Source of the DNA: Planktothrix sp. GU0601_MAG3
Lineage (GTDB): Bacteria > Cyanobacteriota > Cyanobacteriia > Cyanobacteriales > Microcoleaceae
DNA: 64,000 nt
NCBI GenBank assembly: GCA_035193785.1
Contig: CP136572.1
Span: 3,028,578 to 3,092,577 of the forward strand
Direction: 5' to 3'
Shown here: piece by piece, positions 57,710 through 64,000 of the stretch
How the letters are laid out: every line of letters starts with the position of its first letter
Numbering within the stretch: position 1 is the stretch's first letter
The notes under the pieces: generated by a model
Database searches by the model: none
What the model was told of the DNA's origin: nothing
The model's input: only the letters and a program-made list of their open reading frames with translations
Program-made: the position numbers and the translations under genes

Positions 57710-57971
57710 TGCACTATACTAATCGCAAATTTTGGTTACTTTATAATCAGCTACCTGAAGATATAAAACAGATAGCAGATTCTTCTTATGAATTTATGAA
57801 TTATTAAAAACTAATCCTAATCATCCTTCGTTACATTTTAAGAAAGTTAATAAATATTGGTCTGTAAGAGTGGGAAAAGCTTATCGTGCGTTAGGAATTG
57901 AAGTCAAAAATGGAATTTTATGGTTTTGGATTGGTACTCATGCTGAATATGATAGATTAATCGGTAAATAA
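57709..57971 (+). pseudogene. RelE/ParE-like toxin disrupted by an 8-bp tandem duplication
   Basis: Removing one TTATGAAT (57786-57801) gives MHYTNRKFW...NPNHPSLHFKKVNKYWSVRVGKAYRALG...WFWIGTHAEYDRLIGK. Confidence 0.85.
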
Positions 57972-58058
57972 AAGCGATCGCATTTCAACACCTGAACTGA
58001 GTTAAAAAAGCGATCACTGTTTTGATGGAAATATTAGGCAAATTTATTGATATAAAAA

Positions 58059-58953
58059 CTATTCATGAGACTTACCATTAGGCATTACTGTACCCGTTAG
58101 GATAGTTTCCTTCTAGGTTTGCACCTCCTAAATTTGCACCAATTAAATCTGCATCACTTAAGTCAGCCCCACTTAAGTTTGCATTTGTTAGAATTGCATT
58201 TCTTAAGATTGTATTTTTAAGATTTGCTCCTTGAAGATTACTATCAGTTAAATTAGCTTGATGCAAAATAGCTCGATTTAAGTTAGCATAACTTAAATCT
58301 GAATTGCTTAAATCGACATTGCTTAAATGAGCTTTTTCAAGATTTGCACCAATCAAAATTGATTTCCGAATCAAACTACCATCTAATTTAGCACCTTTTA
58401 AATTGGCATCATTGCTTAAGTCTACACCACTCAAATCAGCCTTTACTAAACTGACATCTTTTAAATTTGCTCCTTTCAAATCAGCACCTTTAAAATTAGC
58501 TCCGCTTGCTAAAGCAGGATTCAATCCGCTAAGTTTAGCTTGGCGTAAATTTGCGCCCGTAAAATTAGCATTAGTTAAAACTGCATCACCTAAGTTAACC
58601 TTAAATAAACTAGCATTGCTTAAATCAGCATTGCTTAGATTACTACTTCCTAAATTAGCATTTCCTAAATCGGCATTTTTCAAAATAGCAAAACTCAGAT
58701 CACTGTAACTCATATCTGCACTATTCAAGTTTGCCTCACTAAAATTCACGCCACTCAGATCTGAAAAACTTATATCAGCTTTTTTCAAATTATGTTTACT
58801 TAAATCAGAAAAACTTATATCGCAAAATGGACAAAAATCACTCCCTAATAACTTATTAACATCCTTAGTATTAGATGCGTTTGCAGAACTTAAAAAGTTA
58901 CAATATACTAAAGCTATTATGAAAAATAAGGCGACAAATTTTTTGAATTTCAT
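58059..58953 (-). CDS. Secreted pentapeptide repeat protein (+1 frameshift at 58105)
   Basis: Signal peptide, CPFCD, A(D/N)LxxA repeats; the corrected end reads LTGTVMPNGKSHE*. Confidence 0.92.
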
Positions 58954-59184
58954 GGTTTTTTTTGCAAATAACTAATGTATCATTATAGACAATAACATGA
59001 GAACATTTTTAAGTCAATAATTAACCAACTTAATAACTTAATGACATCAAATCTCAAATATTGCTTTTATTCATTGAGACAGCTAGATTCTAAAATTTCC
59101 TCTAAACTAAACGGCGACTCCTTATGGAAAAAATTCATTCAATTTAATACCCGTTTCCCCCAGGGCGTTTTCATTTTCAAAAAT

Positions 59185-59216
59185 GCGATGCCACAAAGCG
59201 GCGGCTACGCCATCGC
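59185..59216. repeat. 24-bp insert inside a split HIP1 site (SDR5-like)
   Basis: GCG[ATGCCACAAAGCGGCGGCTACGCC]ATCGC. Confidence 0.6.
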
Positions 59217-59423
59217 TATCTTCAAAAAAATCATCAAGTTTTCCGGTCAAATTCTCTCTAATTTTTATCAAATAAGTTTGAAACTATCAAGAATGAACGA
59301 TTTTGATATTTATTGACAGTAATGGAGGGACAAATTTTAATTACAGAAGAACAGTTGATAACTTTATTATCAGCATTAATTGTAAATTTTTTAATCGAAG
59401 GATTGTGCAAATAGCATTTTTAA

Positions 59424-59873
59424 TTAAATTTCTTGCCATTCTCTAGCGTCAACAAATAAAGATAAATGCTTTTTATTAGTTGTTGCCACAATTACCTCAT
59501 GTCCTAAATTAGCTACTAAAATAGCTTGTGATTCTAAAATAACATCACCATCTAAGGCTTTATTATCGGCTGTTGGTTTACCTTTTTTTCTAGCTTCAGC
59601 CCATAATTCTGCGGCTTTTAACATGACTTCTGTGGTAATAGGAAGATAAATAATTTCTGATTTTAATTGCTCTAATTTTCTAATACCTGAAAGTTTATTC
59701 GCTCTTAATAATTCCCGTCTAATTTCATAATCTATAATTTCGGATAAAATTACTTGATAACCTCTTTGAGAAAGACTTAAAAACCATTGTTGACATTGTA
59801 CTGCTAAAGGCATCGATTTAGGATTAGTAATTAATCCCACTGGTGCAGAATCTAATAAAATAACTTGACTCAT
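59424..59873 (-). CDS. PIN-domain (VapC-like) toxin
   Basis: Motifs ILLDS, EIIDYEIRRELLR, ALDGDVIL and VATTNKKHL. Confidence 0.85.
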   Translation of the reverse strand: MSQVILLDSAPVGLITNPKSMPLAVQCQQWFLSLSQRGYQVILSEIIDYEIRRELLRANKLSGIRKLEQLKSEIIYLPITTEVMLKAAELWAEARKKGKPTADNKALDGDVILESQAILVANLGHEVIVATTNKKHLSLFVDAREWQEI

Positions 59874-60175
59874 TAAATTGAAACACCCTCAAGAGACTCA
59901 ATAATTTTTAAAGTTTCTTTTTGTTCATTTTCATCATCTAATTCAGCCCAAGACTCAAATAATTGTTTAATCTTTTCTGGATTTTTCTCACCATTATTAA
60001 TTTGATTAATAGCATTATCCCAAGCATTAATAGATGTTTGTTTTGTCAGCACACTCTGACGAAATAAACGCACAAAAGTCAATAACTCTGGTATATATTC
60101 TTCAGGAGTTTGTTCGATTTCTGTTAATAAATCAAGTCGTTGTTTTGTTGCTGTAATTTTATAATTATTCATCAT
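59873..60175 (-). CDS. Putative antitoxin
   Basis: Translationally coupled upstream of the PIN gene; EIEQTPEEYIPELL motif. Confidence 0.7.
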   Translation of the reverse strand: MMNNYKITATKQRLDLLTEIEQTPEEYIPELLTFVRLFRQSVLTKQTSINAWDNAINQINNGEKNPEKIKQLFESWAELDDENEQKETLKIIESLEGVSI

Positions 60176-60386
60176 TATTTACCTCGATTTTTTAAATTTC
60201 GGCTAAGGTAAGTCCATAAAAGGTGATGTTTTTAGGCTTATCCCTAAAATTATACTACTTTATTGTCGCAGGAGCAATGGCCAAAGTATAGCAGGGAGTA
60301 GGAAAATGGTCACAACAGATGTTACTCATTAACATAACTAAATTCTACAGTTTCCTTTAAACTAAACGGTGACCGCTTAAAATAAA

Positions 60387-60644
60387 TTAATTTAAAATAT
60401 TGTCATATTGGTTATGATTTCCAACCCAAAACCAATAATAATCATCGCCTTTTTTAATTGCTAAGGCTCTATAATCATTAGTTATACGCACAGACCAAAG
60501 ATTTTTACCTACTTTTTTAAAGTGTAAAGAAGGATGTAAAGAATTTTCTGTCCATAATTGATAAGCTCTTTTTACAGATTGTTTTAGATCGGGTGATAAA
60601 TCACTGTAGGCTTTCCAAAAATCAGGCGTTGTTAAGGATTTCAT
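60387..60644 (-). CDS. RelE/ParE-like toxin
   Basis: Motifs FWKAY, HPSLHFKKV, WSVRI, YRAL and WFWVGNHNQYD. Confidence 0.85.
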   Translation of the reverse strand: MKSLTTPDFWKAYSDLSPDLKQSVKRAYQLWTENSLHPSLHFKKVGKNLWSVRITNDYRALAIKKGDDYYWFWVGNHNQYDNILN

Positions 60645-60843
60645 CAATTTCTTTAGTGTTATTTTCTAAAATATCTGCTTCTGCTTTAGCAATTATTTGA
60701 TCTAATTTGCCTTGAGCTAAATCAATTTCCATCTGTTGATCCCATAAATCATCTACATAATTATTAAGCCATTGAGCTAATTGATGAATTTCATGGTTTG
60801 GTAATTGTTTGATTTTTGTTTCAATTTCTTGTAAATTAGACAT
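60622..60843 (-). CDS. Putative antitoxin (paralogue of 57506..57709)
   Basis: Motifs LQEIETKIKQL and WDQQMEIDLAQGKLD; overlaps the toxin start. Confidence 0.75.
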   Translation of the reverse strand: MSNLQEIETKIKQLPNHEIHQLAQWLNNYVDDLWDQQMEIDLAQGKLDQIIAKAEADILENNTKEIDEILNNA

Positions 60844-61076
60844 GATTTTAATTCACTATTATTGTAATTATTTTTACATTATATCCTATTTGATCAAAGT
60901 GCAGTTTGGGTTACGCTTCCCTTATATTCGAGAACATGAGTTAATCATGGTTAATCGCCTTTAATTTATCATTTATGATTAAAAAGGAGAGGGGAGTAAG
61001 AGTATTACTTATGATCACACCACCAGTATATAAAACAATTCCCCCATTCCCTTGTAGGGAAGGGGGGTTAGGGGGG

Positions 61077-63683
61077 TTAGGTCAACGCCGGAATACCCAA
61101 AATATCTTCAATTTTCGGCATTTCTTCTAAGGGAATTACCCGACCTTCATCTTCAAATCCCGCAATTTGATCAAAGTTCAAATAACGGTATAAATCCGCC
61201 GCAAACGGGTCAACTTTCTTAGTCACAATTTCCCGATATTCTTCAACCGTTGGAATCCGTCCTAACAACGCACAAACCGCCGCTAATTCCGCCGAACCTA
61301 AATAGACTCGTGCATCCTTACCCATGCGGTTATTGAAGTTACGAGTCGAGGTTGAAAACACCGTTACCCCATCAGCAACTCGCGCCTGATTTCCCATACA
61401 AAGGGAACATCCCGGCATCTCCGTTTCTCGCCCCAACAGCATCAAAAACCTCATAAATTCCTTCATCCCGCAATTGCTTTTCATCCATGCGAGTTGGGGG
61501 ACAAATCCACAGACGAACACTGGTTTTTGGCGCCCCTTCTAATATCTTCGCAGCCGCCCGATAATGCCCAATATTCGTCATACAAGAACCAATGAACACC
61601 TCATCAATTTTGTCTCCCGTACATTCCGACATTAACTTAATATTATCGGGGTCATTGGGAGCCGCCACAATCGGTTCTTTGATCAGGTTCAAATCCACTT
61701 CAATAATATCAGCATATTCCGCATCGCTATCGGCCGCCATTAACACCGGATTTGCTAACCATTGTTCCATTTTAGCCACCCGTCGCATCATCGTTCTGGC
61801 GTCTTGATAACCCCGGGCGACCATATTAGTCATCAGAGCTACATTAGAACGCAAATACTCGGCAATGGTTTCTTGACTGAGCTTAATCGTAGACCCAGCA
61901 CAGGAACGTTCGGCCGTGGCATCGGTTAATTCAAAGGCTTGTTCCACCTTTAAATCCGGTAAACCTTCCATTTCCATAATCCGACCATTGAAAACATTTT
62001 TCTTGTTTTCCTTCGCCGTGGTTAACTTGCCTTGCTGCATGGCGACATAGGGAATGGCGTTAACAATATCCCGCAGGGTAACACCCGGTTGTAATTCTCC
62101 TTTAAATCGGACTAACACCGATTCCGGCATATCCAAAGGCATCACCCCGAGTGCTGAAGCAAATGCTACCAACCCCGAACCCGCCGGGAAGGAAATCCCC
62201 AAAGGAAAACGGGTGTGGGAGTCGCCGCCAGTTCCCACCGTATCGGGTAACAACATCCGATTTAACCAAGAGTGAATAATCCCATCCCCCGGACGCAGGG
62301 CCACACCGCCACGAGTCGAGAAGAAATCGGGTAATAGTTGATGGGTTTTGATGTCAACGGGTTTGGGGTAGGCGGCGGTATGACAGAAACTCTGCATCAC
62401 CAAATCGGCGGAAAATCCCAAACAGGCGAGTTCCTTGAGTTCGTCCCGGGTCATGGGGCCAGTGGTATCCTGGGAAACCTACGGTGGTCATCAACGGTTC
62501 GCAGGATGTCCCCGGACGTACCCCCGCCAACCCGCAGGCTTTTCCGACCATTTTCTGGGCGAGGGTGAAGCCTTTTCCGGTGTCTTCGGGTAGGGAGGGA
62601 CGGACAAATAAGGTGCTGGGTGCAAGTCCCAAGGCGGCGCGGGTTTTATCGGTTAAGCTGCGACCAATTAACAGGGGAATCCGACCCCCGGCCCGGACTT
62701 CATCTAAAATCGTATCGGGTTTGAGGGTAAAGGTGGAAATCACGTCTCCGGCTTCATTAGTGATTTCACCGTTGTAGGGATAAATGGTAATCACATCCCC
62801 GGTATTCAGTTGACTCACATCACATTCGATGGGCAGGGCTCCGGAGTCTTCGGCTGTATTAAAGAAAATCGGGGCAATTTTTCCCCCTAGAATATAACCC
62901 CCAGAGCGTTTATTGGGAACGTAGGGAATATCATTGCCAATGTGCCATAACACGGAGTTAATCGCGGATTTCCGAGATGAGCCTGTACCAACTACATCTC
63001 CGACATAAGCGACGGGGTGCCCTTTTTTCTTCAATTCAGCTAGGGTTTCTAACCCCCCGGGTATCCGACTTTCTAACATCGCTAGGGCGTGTAAGGGAAT
63101 ATCGGGGCGGGTGGTGGCGTGGGTAGCGGGAGAAAGATCATCGGTGTTGGTTTCCCCTGGGACTTTAAAAACAGTCACGGTAATGCTTTTGGCTAGTTTC
63201 GGACGTCCGATAAACCAAGCTGCATTTGCCCAAGCATCAATCACTTGTTTAGCAAAGGGGTTTATCTCTGATAAATACAGAACATCGTTAAAGGAGTCGA
63301 AGACTAACAGGGTTTTGCTGAGGGCCGTGGCGGCGGAGGCGGCAATATTCTCATCCGGTGCTTTAAGTAAGTCGATTAGGGACTGGACGTTATAGCCCCC
63401 CACCATTGTACCTAACAGAGAAACGGCGCCTTGATGGGAAATTAGGGGGCTGGTGATTTCGTCTTTAGCAATAGCCGTTAAGAAGGCGGCTTTGACATAG
63501 GCCGCTTCATCGACACCGGGGGGGATGCGGTCTCGGAGCAAGGTCATCAAGAATTCTTTCTCCTCCTCCGGCGGGTTTTTCAAGAGTTTCGCAGAGTTCG
63601 GCGGTTTGTTCGGCGTTGAGGGGAAGGGGCGGAATTCCCAGTTGGGCGCGTTCTTCGGCTTGTTCACGATAGGCTTGTAGCAT
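61077..63683 (-). CDS. acnB: Aconitate hydratase B (+1 frameshifts at 61423, 62474 and 63586)
   Basis: Motifs [31 protein letters not shown] (after correction), [14 protein letters not shown] and [10 protein letters not shown]; about 867 aa when fused. Confidence 0.97.
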
Positions 63684-63826
63684 TGGTTAGGGTGTTCTCC
63701 TGTAATACCTTGATTGTAGTTATTGTATTGTAATAGGAAGTTTGCGGGAGTTACTGGTAAACGGATTTTCAATAAAAGATGATTTATAGATTATGATCTA
63801 ATTAATAGTTGTTTGGGCAAGTAACT

Positions 63827-64000
63827 ATGGTTACAAAAAAAATGATTCAAGAAAAAATAGCGGATTTAACAGAAGAACAACTTAATCAAGTTTATGACAT
63901 GATTGAACAATTAAGTGGTTCAGAAAGTACGGTTAAAAAAACCAGTTTAATGTCTGAATTACAAAAAATATCAATTGATGCTCCCGAAGATTTCTCGGCT
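63827..64000 (+). CDS. Small hypothetical / antitoxin-like protein, partial at the window edge
   Basis: MVTKKMIQEKIADLTEEQLNQVYDMIEQL...ISIDAPEDFSA, open to the end of the window. Confidence 0.6.
   Translation, partial: MVTKKMIQEKIADLTEEQLNQVYDMIEQLSGSESTVKKTSLMSELQKISIDAPEDFSA

Noticed and set aside
59041..59316. 91-aa ORF between the pentapeptide and PIN genes
   Set aside because: It has no recognisable motif and runs through an SDR-like repeat; probably spurious.
55..63590. Mass pseudogenisation or programmed ribosomal frameshifting
   Set aside because: Essential genes are hit, the reconstructed frames have no premature stops, and every lesion is the same +1 in a motif found on either strand. 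This fits a sequencing artefact rather than decay or recoding.

Overview
Cyanobacterial chromosome segment. HIP1 (GCGATCGC) is abundant, and petP, opcA, ccmS, an InrS-like repressor and a CemA-family gene are present; the repeat style suggests a filamentous, Planktothrix-like organism (inference). Housekeeping genes (zwf-opcA, alaS, pckA, icd, acnB) alternate with accessory blocks: an RloA/RloB-like pair, an RND efflux pair, two HIP1-rich toxin-antitoxin islets, a STAND ATPase divergent from a beta-propeller/C39-like peptidase gene, an RTX/Calx-beta surface protein, a c-di-AMP riboswitch-led ion-transport operon, and an adenylate cyclase / PG-binding SBP / atypical DAACS transporter / racemase cluster. 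The strongest signal is window-wide. I resolved 34 frameshifts, including ones in alaS, acnB, icd and zwf, and each is repaired by removing one base from GAAAC/GTTTC to give GAAC/GTTC. This is most plausibly a motif-specific sequencing error caused by a DNA modification; GAAC/GTTC is the known Dnd phosphorothioate motif. The genes are therefore probably not pseudogenes. CDS coordinates below span the reconstructed genes. Family assignments come from motif recognition only; no database searches were run.
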